64,000 nt of DNA from a virus, in the IMG/VR virus record IMGVR_UViG_3300036766_000416, positions 32,001 to 96,000 of that record. One strand, written 5' to 3'. Shown one piece after another: positions 54,839-62,826 of the stretch. Made by a program: the position numbers and the translations under genes. The notes beneath the pieces are model-generated. The model saw nothing but the letters and a program-made list of their open reading frames with translations, was not told the DNA's origin and made no database searches. Every line of letters starts with the position of its first letter. Within the stretch, counting starts at the first letter, position 1.

Positions 54839-55630
54839 ATGGCTCTACTGAGAATTGCAGGAGACACTTCGGGATTCTCCAACCTCGCGGCCCCCGCGGT
54901 CGCGGGGAGTAACACCTACACCTTTGACTACCCCCAAGGATCACCTGTCACCACGCTGACGCCTGTCGTCATCGCCAACGGCACTCTGTTGATGGGCAAT
55001 ACGATCTCAGGACGTCTGGAGGCCAACACCCTTGTTGCCGGAACCAGCATCACAATCACCAATGGACCGAGTACCATCACGATTGCTTCGACCGTTACGG
55101 GCACCGCGGGTCTCCATACCATTTGGGTGCCTGCATGGGCCATGTATCCCACGACCACCAACGGGGCCTCAGCAGCGAACGGTGCGTTCCAAACAGTCAC
55201 CAACATCCTGATGTTCAAGACCCTGGACTATGATACGACCACCTCAGAGAAAGCCCAGTTCAGTCTCAAGCTTGGCAACTCGTGGAACCTGAGCACGGTG
55301 ACTGCAAAGGTCGTCTGGTCTCACGGTACGACCGCGACCAACTTTGGAGTCTCGTGGTCTGTCGCAGGACATGCGTTCAGTGACAACGAAGCGGGTGACG
55401 CAGCACTCGGTACTCCAATGGTGTTCAGTGACACCGGTGGTACCGCGAACAACATTTATATTTCACCTGCATCGGGAGGCATCACGATTGGTGGTACCCC
55501 TGCGGATGGTGATTGGATCATCATGGAAGTCTTGCGCTCAGTCGCCAATGCGAGTGATACCATGGCGATTGATGCCCGACTGCATGGCGTCGAATTGACC
55601 TACACCACCGATGCCGAAACGGATGCTTAA
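54839..55630 (+). CDS. Fibre-tip protein 4: same GDTSG..P adaptor N-terminus, different beta-sandwich-like head
   Basis: IAGDTSGFSNLAAPAVAGSNTYT; GTLLMGNT..LVAGTSITITNGPSTITI resembles the giant-fibre module. Confidence 0.7.
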   Translation: MALLRIAGDTSGFSNLAAPAVAGSNTYTFDYPQGSPVTTLTPVVIANGTLLMGNTISGRLEANTLVAGTSITITNGPSTITIASTVTGTAGLHTIWVPAWAMYPTTTNGASAANGAFQTVTNILMFKTLDYDTTTSEKAQFSLKLGNSWNLSTVTAKVVWSHGTTATNFGVSWSVAGHAFSDNEAGDAALGTPMVFSDTGGTANNIYISPASGGITIGGTPADGDWIIMEVLRSVANASDTMAIDARLHGVELTYTTDAETDA

Positions 55631-55639
55631 GAGGAACCT

Positions 55640-56062
55640 ATGATACCCTATGTCTGTCTCTATGCCGATACGTTGATTGTGCACCACTATCATGATTTTT
55701 TTGATCATGAGGTGTTGCCGATTGACCTGCTCCACAAGAACCTCATCTGGCGCAAGCTCGTGGTGGTCCATCCACCCTTTGATCACAGGACCGAACACGA
55801 AGCGGGGACCACTCAGGAGGTCACCGACACGGACTGTATCATCACCTATATCATTGAGCCCAACGTACCTGTGCCACCAGAGACCCCTGAGCAACGCCAG
55901 AGCCGAACGCTTCGAGTGGTCCAGGCACAATTTTTCAGTAATGAGAAGTTTCTTTTGACGACATTCATATTCGCGCTGTATAATGAGGTTCTGACACTCA
56001 AAGGTCTCCCGACTATTGAGATGGAAGAATTCAAGAAAGTGTTGCAGACCTATGTTGCCTAG
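55640..56062 (+). CDS. Hypothetical protein, 140 aa
   Basis: GAGGAA RBS, continuous operon spacing. Confidence 0.75.
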   Translation: MIPYVCLYADTLIVHHYHDFFDHEVLPIDLLHKNLIWRKLVVVHPPFDHRTEHEAGTTQEVTDTDCIITYIIEPNVPVPPETPEQRQSRTLRVVQAQFFSNEKFLLTTFIFALYNEVLTLKGLPTIEMEEFKKVLQTYVA

Positions 56063-57044
56063 TACCCAACAGACAGGATTCAACGCAGGTCGGCGCATCG
56101 AATTCAGCGTGAGAACGGTCATCACTGGTGTCACCGGAAACACCGTTTATACTGTGCCACAAGATTGTTATAATATTTTTGTCAAGATGTGGGGCTCAGG
56201 TGGAGGTGGTGCCCACGCAGGTTCCACGGTCTCCTCAGGTGGGGGCGGCGGCGGCGGCGGTGGATTCGTTCAAGGCGTGATCCCCGTCACTCCAGGTGAA
56301 ACATTATTTTATGCGCTCGGTGCTGGTGGTGCGCTGACGTCCGCGACACGCAATGGTGCGGGTGGCGGTGGCATGACGCATGTTATGCGCGGACCCACCT
56401 ACCTCAGTTCTGCTGGAGCCGGTGGCGGCGGAGGTGGTGGCGCCAACTTGAACGTGGAAGACGGAGGCGGTGGTGGCGCAGGTGGAGGCACAACGGGAGG
56501 CGCGGGAACCACGGGTGCTGGTGGAGGAGGTAACGGAGGTGGTGGAGGCACTGCCTCTGCAGGTGGTGCAGGTGGAACAGGAACAACTGGATCGGATGGT
56601 GAGGCCGGTGAAGTAGACGGCAGAAACTTTGGTGGTGATGGTGGGCAGAACGCCGGTGGCACCCAGGGCGGTGGCGGCGCAGGTGGCGCGACTGGTGGTG
56701 GCGCAGGTGGATCGAATGTCACAGATGCGGGCGGAGCAGGTGGTGGTGGCGGGGCAGGATATTTTGGTGGTGGGGGTGCCGAGGGTGGTCCCGTAGGAGA
56801 AGCGGGTGGCGGTGGCGGTGGAGCATCCAGCTACACGGGTGGCATGGTTGAAGGTGGAACAGGACGCGCAATCACCAACACTCAAGGTACTGTAGGAGGT
56901 ACCCCAGGAGCAGGTGGTGCTTCAGCGAACCAAACAGATGTGGATTGGGTCGCCAGCGCAGGAAATGGTGGAGCAGGTGGAGCCGGATCAGATGCGACTG
57001 GTGCTGTCGGACAGGACGCACGAATCGTGATTTATGCCAACTAA
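56052..57044 (+). CDS. Glycine-rich phage tail-associated protein
   Basis: YTVP..VKMWGSGGGG..GGGGGFV..VTPGETL..GAGG; long poly-Gly tracts; GQDARIVI C-terminus. Confidence 0.8.
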   Translation: MLPSTQQTGFNAGRRIEFSVRTVITGVTGNTVYTVPQDCYNIFVKMWGSGGGGAHAGSTVSSGGGGGGGGGFVQGVIPVTPGETLFYALGAGGALTSATRNGAGGGGMTHVMRGPTYLSSAGAGGGGGGGANLNVEDGGGGGAGGGTTGGAGTTGAGGGGNGGGGGTASAGGAGGTGTTGSDGEAGEVDGRNFGGDGGQNAGGTQGGGGAGGATGGGAGGSNVTDAGGAGGGGGAGYFGGGGAEGGPVGEAGGGGGGASSYTGGMVEGGTGRAITNTQGTVGGTPGAGGASANQTDVDWVASAGNGGAGGAGSDATGAVGQDARIVIYAN

Positions 57045-57047
57045 ATA
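57040..57047 (+). promoter_or_regulatory. Variant late promoter ACTAAATA heading the HEG-13 unit
   Basis: Same variant as at 4213. Followed by GAGGA and ATG 57064. Confidence 0.55.
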
Positions 57048-57063
57048 GAATCAGAGGAAACCT

Positions 57064-57828
57064 ATGTTCACGATCTACCAGGTAACTAATAGGGACAACG
57101 AAGAAAGGTATGTTGGGTTCACAAGCGAGAATCCACCAAAGAATAGATGGGTTGCTCATCAGTACCTAGCTCGTAAAGGTTCTATGACCCACTTCCACTG
57201 TGCGATTAGGAAATATGGTGTTGGTGCATTTGAATGGAAAATTTTGGAGATGGGTGAGAATGGGGATTATGGGAAGAATGTTGCTGAACCGTTGTATATT
57301 GCTTGGCTGAAGCCAGAGTATAACAAAACCAAAGGTGGCGACGGAATAGTGGGCTATAAGCATACACCCGAACATTGTCTAGCACAATCGGAACGAAAAA
57401 GAGGAAAGAAGTATGCCTTAGGTCACAGACACACTGAGGAAACCAAACGAATTATTGCCGAAGCAAGTAGAAGCCGTAAGCGCACCCCAGAACAAAATAA
57501 AGCAGCATCCATTAGAATGATGGGCAAGAAAATGGGGCTTGGACACAAAAAATCCGAGGAGTGTAAGAGATTGATGTCGGAGAAAATGAAAGGTCGGACA
57601 GGAATTTCCCATTCAAAAGAACGGAAACTCAAATCATCAGAACGAATGAAGGGTAATCAATATTCTTTGGGAGTCAAACATTCAAAAGAACAAAATTTAT
57701 CCAAATCCTCTCGTCAAAAGGGAAGAAAACAAATGTTAGTTCGGTGCCCTCATTGCGAAAAATCAGGAGGGCATAGAAATATGAAACGATGGCACTTTGA
57801 CAACTGCAAACAAAGAACGGGTGTATAA
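57064..57828 (+). CDS. Free-standing GIY-YIG homing endonuclease with NUMOD3 repeats and a CPHC..RWHFDNC tail
   Basis: TIYQVTN..RYVGFTS; EPLYIAWLKPEYNKTKGGDG; GYKHTPE, GHRHTEET, GVKHSKE. TAATG-coupled to gene 13. Confidence 0.9.
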   Translation: MFTIYQVTNRDNEERYVGFTSENPPKNRWVAHQYLARKGSMTHFHCAIRKYGVGAFEWKILEMGENGDYGKNVAEPLYIAWLKPEYNKTKGGDGIVGYKHTPEHCLAQSERKRGKKYALGHRHTEETKRIIAEASRSRKRTPEQNKAASIRMMGKKMGLGHKKSEECKRLMSEKMKGRTGISHSKERKLKSSERMKGNQYSLGVKHSKEQNLSKSSRQKGRKQMLVRCPHCEKSGGHRNMKRWHFDNCKQRTGV

Positions 57829-58793
57829 TGAGTATACCAACGACCAGAGCACAATTTATCGACTACTGCAAACGCAATAACGGCTGGCCCGTGATCGACA
57901 TAAATGTGGATGACGATCAAGTTGAGGATAGAATCGATGAAGCCCTGGAATTCTTTTTTGATTATGCGTACGACGGTTCAGAAAAAACTTATTTGAAACA
58001 CCGGATCACTCAACAGGACCGGGACCGCAAGTATATCCTGATACCCAATCGGATCATTGGTGTCACAGCGGTGATGCCATTCGATGATTCGGCAGCCAGT
58101 GTTAATATGTTTGACTTGAGGTATCAGCTTCGCCTGCACGATTTATATGATTTTACTTCGGTGAGTTACGTGCCGTATGCCATAACAATGTCGCATTTAC
58201 GGACCATGCAGATCCTCTTTTCTGGTACCCCACAGTTCCGATTCCACAGGCACCGCAATCGGTTGAACCTGGACATCGATTGGGAGGCCTCAGCACAACT
58301 GGGTTCCTATGTCGTCATGGAGTGCTATGCGACCATGAATCCTGATCGAATCGACTTTGCTGGTACAGTGAGTACCATAGCAGGTTCCAACACGATCACG
58401 AGCACTGGTGCAACATTCGACTCCGCATTCTTCAGGGGTGATGAGATTGTCATTGCGAACACTGGAGGCGACATTGCGACCACTGTAGATTTTCTGGCCA
58501 ATGCGAGTACCATGAACGTCTTAACCACTATGGTCTCTACAGAGACCGGGCTCTCTGTGTACCAAGTAGGGAACAGCGATGTTTGGAATGACCGATGGCT
58601 CAAGAGGTATGGAAGCGCACTGATCAAGAAACAGTTTGGTACCAACCTCAAGAAATTTGGAGGCGTGCAGATGCCAGGAGGTATCGTGCTGAACGGACAA
58701 ATTATTTTCGATGAAGCGGTCAGAGAGATCAAGGAACTTGAAGAGGAAATGTTCAAATTGTCGGTTTTGCCGAACGATTTTTATATTGGTTAG
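57828..58793 (+). CDS. 13: Neck protein gp13
   Basis: PVIDINVDDDQVEDRIDEAL; FDLRYQLRLHDLYD; WNDRWLKRY..LIKKQFGTNLKKFGGVQMPGG..LNG. Confidence 0.95.
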   Translation: MSIPTTRAQFIDYCKRNNGWPVIDINVDDDQVEDRIDEALEFFFDYAYDGSEKTYLKHRITQQDRDRKYILIPNRIIGVTAVMPFDDSAASVNMFDLRYQLRLHDLYDFTSVSYVPYAITMSHLRTMQILFSGTPQFRFHRHRNRLNLDIDWEASAQLGSYVVMECYATMNPDRIDFAGTVSTIAGSNTITSTGATFDSAFFRGDEIVIANTGGDIATTVDFLANASTMNVLTTMVSTETGLSVYQVGNSDVWNDRWLKRYGSALIKKQFGTNLKKFGGVQMPGGIVLNGQIIFDEAVREIKELEEEMFKLSVLPNDFYIG

Positions 58794-58804
58794 GAAATAA
58801 TACT

Positions 58805-59440
58805 ATGCCTGCTATTGTCTATGTGACCACTAATCTAGTTAATGGAAAGAAATACTTGGGGAAGCATAGCGGGAAAAGGATTGATTATTTGGGTTCCGGT
58901 TTAGGTATAAAACGCGCAATTAAGAAATATGGCAAAAATAATTTCATTAGAGAAGTAGTCGCTGAATGTTCGACAGATCAGGAAGCATTTGATGTCGAAG
59001 AGAGTTTATCAAAAAAATGGAATGTTGTATCTGATCCTAAATGGTATAACAATACAATTGGGGGAAAAGGATTTCAGTCCGGTTTGGGGCATCCATATTT
59101 CGGGAAGCCACTTCCCAAAGATCAGATAAGGAAGATTGCAATAGCTAGACGGGCGCGCCAGCCGGAAATTTGTTTGAAATTAAAGGAATCTGGAATACGG
59201 GCTTGGTCAGACCCAAACACACGTCAGAAAATAAAAGATTCTATGAACACCGAAAGGGCTATCAGAAATCGTAGCGATGCGGGGAAAAAACGATATGATG
59301 ACCCAATTGAAAGACAACAACAGAGTTTAAGAATGAAGCTGCGATATGAAAACACATCGGAAAGACAAAAAACAAGTGAAGCCGGAAAATTAGGATGGAT
59401 AAAAAGAAGGCGAAGAGGGTCTGATGTCCTATTCAAGTAA
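58805..59440 (+). CDS. Free-standing GIY-YIG (Seg-like) homing endonuclease
   Basis: IVYVTTNLVNGKKYLGKH..YLGSG..IKKYGKNNFIRE; WYNNTIGGKG; GKPLPKD. Confidence 0.9.
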   Translation: MPAIVYVTTNLVNGKKYLGKHSGKRIDYLGSGLGIKRAIKKYGKNNFIREVVAECSTDQEAFDVEESLSKKWNVVSDPKWYNNTIGGKGFQSGLGHPYFGKPLPKDQIRKIAIARRARQPEICLKLKESGIRAWSDPNTRQKIKDSMNTERAIRNRSDAGKKRYDDPIERQQQSLRMKLRYENTSERQKTSEAGKLGWIKRRRRGSDVLFK

Positions 59441-59810
59441 AGTTATCGACCATTTCAATAATCCTAGAAATATGGGAAGCCTTCCAAAAAATGATAAGGA
59501 TGTAGGAACTGGATTAGTGGGTGCACCTGAATGTGGGGATGTTCTCAAACTCCAAATTAGAATCGACAAAGATGTAATAGTTGATGCCAAGTTTCGTGCT
59601 TTTGGTTGTGGTTCTGCTATAGCCAGCTCAAGTCTTGCCACAGAATTTCTTAAAGGCAAGACCGTTCAGGAAGCGCAAACAATCAGGAACACGGACATTG
59701 TGCAGGAACTGAACCTGCCACCCGTAAAAATTCACTGTTCGGTGCTCGCAGAGGATGCGATTAAGGCAGCGTTGGCGGATTACCAGAAGAAACAGGTGGT
59801 CTCAATATGA
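59424..59810 (+). CDS. iscU: Fe-S cluster scaffold IscU
   Basis: YSSKVIDHFNNPRN; GAPECGD; AFGCGSAIASSS; LPPVKIHCSVLAEDAI. All three Cys and the regulatory Asp are present. Confidence 0.97.
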   Translation: MSYSSKVIDHFNNPRNMGSLPKNDKDVGTGLVGAPECGDVLKLQIRIDKDVIVDAKFRAFGCGSAIASSSLATEFLKGKTVQEAQTIRNTDIVQELNLPPVKIHCSVLAEDAIKAALADYQKKQVVSI

Positions 59811-60124
59811 TCACCGTGACACCGGAAGCAGCCAGCAAAATCAAGGCATTCATAGCTGACGAACCAGATGCCCTGGGTCTCAGAATATACGTCAAGGGCG
59901 GCGGGTGCTCCGGTTACAGCTATGGCATGGCCCTCGAACCCACGATCAGTGAGGACGATACGGTCATTGAGAAAGACGGTATCCAGGTGATTGTTGATCC
60001 ACAATCGCTCCCGTTGATTCAAGACTCCGTTGTAGACTATTCCGATAGCCTGATGGGCGCTGGGTTCCAGATCAAGAACCCCCAAGCCAAAACGACCTGT
60101 GGTTGCGGAAGTTCCTTCTCATGA
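59807..60124 (+). CDS. iscA: A-type Fe-S carrier (IscA/ErpA, HesB family)
   Basis: LRIYVKGGGCSGYSY; VDPQS; DY; GF..NPQAKTTCGCGSSF. Confidence 0.95.
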   Translation: MITVTPEAASKIKAFIADEPDALGLRIYVKGGGCSGYSYGMALEPTISEDDTVIEKDGIQVIVDPQSLPLIQDSVVDYSDSLMGAGFQIKNPQAKTTCGCGSSFS

Positions 60125-60402
60125 CAGAATTTGTGATTAGTTGGATTATGTGGGCGCTCGTAGCCTCCACAACTCCCAACGTGAATATGATTGTGGTGCT
60201 TGATGAATTTCCGAGGCAGGATACCTGCCTGGGAATTGCAGAGCAGGTGGCGATCAGTGCGGCCAAGGATATTGAAGTCAAAAAGATTTCAGGTGTCGAG
60301 AGTATCACCGTGGTCTGTCTCCCGGTGCTCACGCGAGAGTCAGAAGATGCAGAATCTGATGGCAAACCCAAAAAGCATGTGCGAACCGAACCCGTAGGAT
60401 AA
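60121..60402 (+). CDS. Small putative exported protein (hydrophobic N-terminus, 2 Cys), 93 aa
   Basis: ATGA overlap with the iscA stop. MTEFVISWIMWALVA..TC..VC. Confidence 0.6.
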   Translation: MTEFVISWIMWALVASTTPNVNMIVVLDEFPRQDTCLGIAEQVAISAAKDIEVKKISGVESITVVCLPVLTRESEDAESDGKPKKHVRTEPVG

Positions 60403-60403
60403 C

Positions 60404-61300
60404 ATGAGCACGAATCACTACTTTTCGTTTTTCCCCGAACAGATTACCTCCGAGCAATTGCTCGTTGAAGACCTGGTCATCGAGTCCCTAAAAATACACG
60501 GCATGGACGTCTACTATCTGCCCAGAGAGTCCAGGGACCAAATTGATCCTCTGATGGGTGAGGAGCAACTGAAGTTATTTGGTTCCGCTTACACCATTGA
60601 AATGTACCTTGAGAATGTGCTGGGTATGGAGGGCGAACAGGACCTTATCACTCGCTTTGGTCTCGAAATACGCGACGAGATGACCTTACTGGTGTCTCGT
60701 AGACGCTTTCAGTTCACCATCCCCTCAATGGTACGCCCACGCGAAGGTGACCTGGTGTATGTACCGCTGCTCCAAAATTTCTTTGAGATTATGCATGTTG
60801 AGCACGAGAACCAGCAAGCCGCATTCCACACTCTCGGAAGAGGCCGCGGGGGAAATGTGAATGTGTTTGCGCTCAAGCTCAAACAGTTTGTGTTCAGCAA
60901 CGAACAGATTCAAACAGGGGTATCCGAGGTGGATGAAGAAATCATTGAGAACTATCAACTCACCAACCTTGTGCTCTCAACGGGCACTGGGACTTTTGAC
61001 GTGGCCAACAGTGAACTGGTGTTTCAGGGTGCCAACATTGCGTATGCGAATGCGTTCGGTACAGCGCACACCTGGGATTCAGCGAACACCACGCTGTCGA
61101 TCTACCTGGTCAATGGTCTGTTCGCCAATACCGCGAACGTCAAGGGTGCGAATTCAGGAGCACAGTGGATCATGTCGTCGTTGGACACGGATACACCATC
61201 GGGTTCACAGTTTGAAGATCCTAGTGACAACAAGCAAATCGAGACCGAGAGCAACGCGATCCTTGACTTCGACGCAACCAATCCGTTTGGAAACCCATAA
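60404..61300 (+). CDS. 14: Neck protein gp14
   Basis: EQLLVEDLVIESLKIHGMDVYYLPRE; IEMYLEN; FGLEIRDE; RPREGDLVY; FEIMHVEHE; LDFDATNPFG. Confidence 0.95.
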   Translation: MSTNHYFSFFPEQITSEQLLVEDLVIESLKIHGMDVYYLPRESRDQIDPLMGEEQLKLFGSAYTIEMYLENVLGMEGEQDLITRFGLEIRDEMTLLVSRRRFQFTIPSMVRPREGDLVYVPLLQNFFEIMHVEHENQQAAFHTLGRGRGGNVNVFALKLKQFVFSNEQIQTGVSEVDEEIIENYQLTNLVLSTGTGTFDVANSELVFQGANIAYANAFGTAHTWDSANTTLSIYLVNGLFANTANVKGANSGAQWIMSSLDTDTPSGSQFEDPSDNKQIETESNAILDFDATNPFGNP

Positions 61301-61309
61301 AGGACTACG

Positions 61310-62335
61310 ATGCTGGGGCACAGACCATTTTTTCACAACACGATAAGGAAGTATGTCGTCCTCATGGGCTCCATATTCAATGACATCTTCGTGGTCCGCG
61401 AGACCTCTGTGGGCACAGAGAAGGAACGCCAGAAGGTACCGATTCTTTATGGGCCCAAAGAAAAGTGGCTAACCAGTCTCCGCACGGACCCGTCGCTCAC
61501 GAAGTCCATCCTGACCACAGTACCACGTATGAGTTTTGAACTACTGTCTTTGACGTATGACCAAACACGTAAGCAGGAATCCACCATACGGCACAGGGTT
61601 CCCAACTCCGCGAACAGTGCGTTCCCACAGACCCAGTACGTCGGGGTACCCTACAATTTTGAATTTGGTGTCTCGGTGTATGTGCGGAACATCACCGATG
61701 GTCTCCAGATCATCGAGCAGATCCTTCCCTTCTTCTTGCCTGACTACACCGTGAGCGCGGAGGTCTCGCAGGAACTCAACATCATCAAGGACCTGCCAAT
61801 CATCCTCAAGTCTGTGACCGAGAAGGTGGATTACGAGGGCGCGATGGCCGACGGTACCCGCATCGTTACCTGGGACCTTGAGTTTACGCTGAAGGGGTAT
61901 ATCTTTGGACCTGTCGCTGAGACTGCCATCATCAAGGGTGTCCAGACAGGCAACACAATCACCGGTGGTGTCTATGCGAACCTGTATACCGATGTCAACA
62001 ACAAGACCCTCCAGAAAGTCATGCTCACAGGGGGTATCACAGACTATCGTGACCTGGAGGCTGTGCGGGAACCAGAGAACGATGTGACGGGGGTGGTCTA
62101 CTCGTGGAGCAACACCTCCAACACGCTGATCCTGTCAGGCATGACAGGGGTACTCAAGGCCAACGATGAGGTCTGGGGTCTGGTCACTGGGGCGCATTGG
62201 ACTGTGCAGAGCGTCGAGGTATCGAACCTCAAGGATGCAGAAATTTGGATCACCCAGAATCCTATCACTGCAAACGCTGATAGTGACTATGGGTTCACAA
62301 CGGTTATAACCGAGTGGCCCGACACGATACCTTAG
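61310..62335 (+). CDS. 15: Tail terminator / sheath stabiliser gp15
   Basis: FFHNTIRKYVVLMGSIFNDI; KVPILYGPKEK; PRMSFE; QIIEQILPFF; WDLEFTLKGYIFGP. Confidence 0.95.
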   Translation: MLGHRPFFHNTIRKYVVLMGSIFNDIFVVRETSVGTEKERQKVPILYGPKEKWLTSLRTDPSLTKSILTTVPRMSFELLSLTYDQTRKQESTIRHRVPNSANSAFPQTQYVGVPYNFEFGVSVYVRNITDGLQIIEQILPFFLPDYTVSAEVSQELNIIKDLPIILKSVTEKVDYEGAMADGTRIVTWDLEFTLKGYIFGPVAETAIIKGVQTGNTITGGVYANLYTDVNNKTLQKVMLTGGITDYRDLEAVREPENDVTGVVYSWSNTSNTLILSGMTGVLKANDEVWGLVTGAHWTVQSVEVSNLKDAEIWITQNPITANADSDYGFTTVITEWPDTIP

Positions 62336-62349
62336 AGGATGACTAGATC

Positions 62350-62826
62350 ATGAGCGACACAAAACTCAATGAAATTCTCGACGTAGAAATTCCCGCTGGT
62401 CAAACTGAGACGTGGGTGGACATCACACCGATTGAGCCTCCCAACCTCGCGCACTATGCGAACAACTCCGTCGAACAGGATGCGCTGGAGTCACGAACCT
62501 ACATCCGTCAATCGATGGCGCAACTGTCCACCGCGATCACAGAGATGCTGGCGATTGCGAAGGCCTCAGGGAAACCCAGAGCCTACGAGGTCGTCACACA
62601 GATGCTACGGTCCCTCGCTGAGATGCAGCAGGACCTCATGGGTAGCCATCAGTCGGAGCAGGTGCTCTCGCAACCCGAAGAAGCTGGTGGTGAAGTTCAC
62701 AACCACTTTGAGAACGCGGTGTTCATTGGATCAACCAGCGAACTGAGCGAACTGGTTCGACGCAAGCGAGCCGAACGCGAGGCCAATACCATCACCGTGA
62801 GTGCGTCCAATGCAGCCAACACCTAA
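62350..62826 (+). CDS. 16: Terminase small subunit gp16
   Basis: KPRAYEVV; NAVFIGSTSELSELV. Directly upstream of and overlapping gene 17. Confidence 0.9.
   Translation: MSDTKLNEILDVEIPAGQTETWVDITPIEPPNLAHYANNSVEQDALESRTYIRQSMAQLSTAITEMLAIAKASGKPRAYEVVTQMLRSLAEMQQDLMGSHQSEQVLSQPEEAGGEVHNHFENAVFIGSTSELSELVRRKRAEREANTITVSASNAANT

Noticed and set aside
1121-56051. Upstream-extended starts in the ORF track (1121, 1846, 8209, 8248, 28482, 33569, 54164, 56016)
   Set aside because: RBS position, overlap with upstream genes or paralog alignment support later starts (1178, 1978, 8152, 8260, 28521, 33713, 54224, 56052).
38400-57160. Many 60-200-aa antisense or alternative-frame ORFs (e.g. 50762-51238, 53161-53673, 56304-56885, Pro-rich 56399-56722)
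   Set aside because: By-products of repetitive, codon-biased sense genes. They have no independent initiation signals.
2244-59440. HEGs located in group I introns or inteins
   Set aside because: All flanking genes are full-length and uninterrupted, and no intron core or intein (C...HN) motifs were recognised. The visible part of gp17 is also uninterrupted.
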